From Takakia lepidozioides (taxonomy: Eukaryota > Plantae > Bryophyta), in NCBI GenBank assembly GCA_030704615.1, contig CM060731.1, positions 39,556,001 to 39,620,000 on the forward strand: a stretch of 64,000 nt of DNA, given 5' to 3'. The first letter of the stretch is position 1, and every line of letters starts with the position of its first letter. The notes under the pieces were generated by a model that was given only the letters and a program-made list of their open reading frames with translations, searched no databases and had not been told where the DNA came from. This document shows, piece after piece, positions 63,321 through 64,000 of the stretch. The position numbers were made by a program, and so were the translations under genes.

Positions 63321-63457
63321 AAAAAAAGAAAAGGGCTGAGCCAAATATCACGGGGATTCCTTGAGAAAAAATCATCAGGGCATGGTCAAACCATTTCCGG
63401 CACGAATTGGGGCAGGGCCAAATCAGTTTGGATCCTCACTCTCTCTGCACTTGAGCA

Positions 63458-63610
63458 GGTAGCCCCGTGGGTGGGTGTTTGTGCCTTGCCTGTGCATAAC
63501 CTAGGTGATCCTGGGTTCAATCCTTCAACATGTGCCTTCAGACCGTCCATTGGGCCCTCGATGGGTGTTGAGCAGTAGGCTCTGTAAATTCACTAGACCT
63601 TAAAGAAACT
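63458..63610 (+). mobile_element. Possible tRNA-derived SINE
   Basis: A-box-like TAGCCCCGTGG and B box GGGTTCAATCC; no TSD identified. Confidence 0.35.
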
Positions 63611-64000
63611 TTATCTTAGGAAGTTACAAGTTACATGTATGCTTCAAATTTCTGGATGAAAGGTGGTAGGTAGGTAGGGTAACAAAACTGGCCAGGGAGA
63701 AGAACATGTGGGAATTTAAAGCACCCTAAAAAGAAAAAGCTCTGCTCCCTAGAATTTTTCAAGGTGTGGAAATCCAGCGTTGTTGACATGCTCACGTGGT
63801 AGGCCAATTGAGCAATCTTGAAAACAACATCTAGGGCTCAAAATTTATGAGAATGCCAAATATTTTGGACAAGGCACTATGTCATGTTAATGTGCACTTA
63901 CTTACCAGAGGAATTAGAAAACAAATATCACCTCATTGGTGTACTTGGGTAAGAAGCCAAACCATGACAATTTATCCCCCAGATTTCACATACAAAGCAG

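Overview
Repeat-dense nuclear DNA from a land plant, probably a non-seed plant such as a bryophyte or lycophyte (inferred from PLS-type PPR fragments and the TE families present). Only one intact host gene is visible: a 12-exon plastid glycerol-3-phosphate acyltransferase (ATS1/GPAT, minus strand, 26105-31311). The rest is nested transposable elements. These include a CACTA element with divergent TnpD/TnpA-like genes, three non-autonomous CACTAs (two carrying OSB-PDF-motif/PPR gene fragments), a Crypton-like tyrosine-recombinase element, piggyBac-, hAT- and PIF-like MITEs, tRNA-derived SINEs, three LINE types and two Ty3/Gypsy elements scrambled by two overlapping inversions. The most notable system is Gypsy element A, once the 42434-49176 inversion is undone. 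Its order is gag - protease - DNMT3-like C5 cytosine methyltransferase - RT - RNase H - integrase - PHD finger. It has a Tf1-like self-priming site and a permuted LTR arrangement (B ... X-B-X') that looks like integration of a 2-LTR circle at an internal palindromic CA-GC-TG site. Gypsy element C carries a dUTPase-like domain between protease and RT. All TE coding regions are pseudogenised. All calls come from reading motifs by eye; no searches were run.
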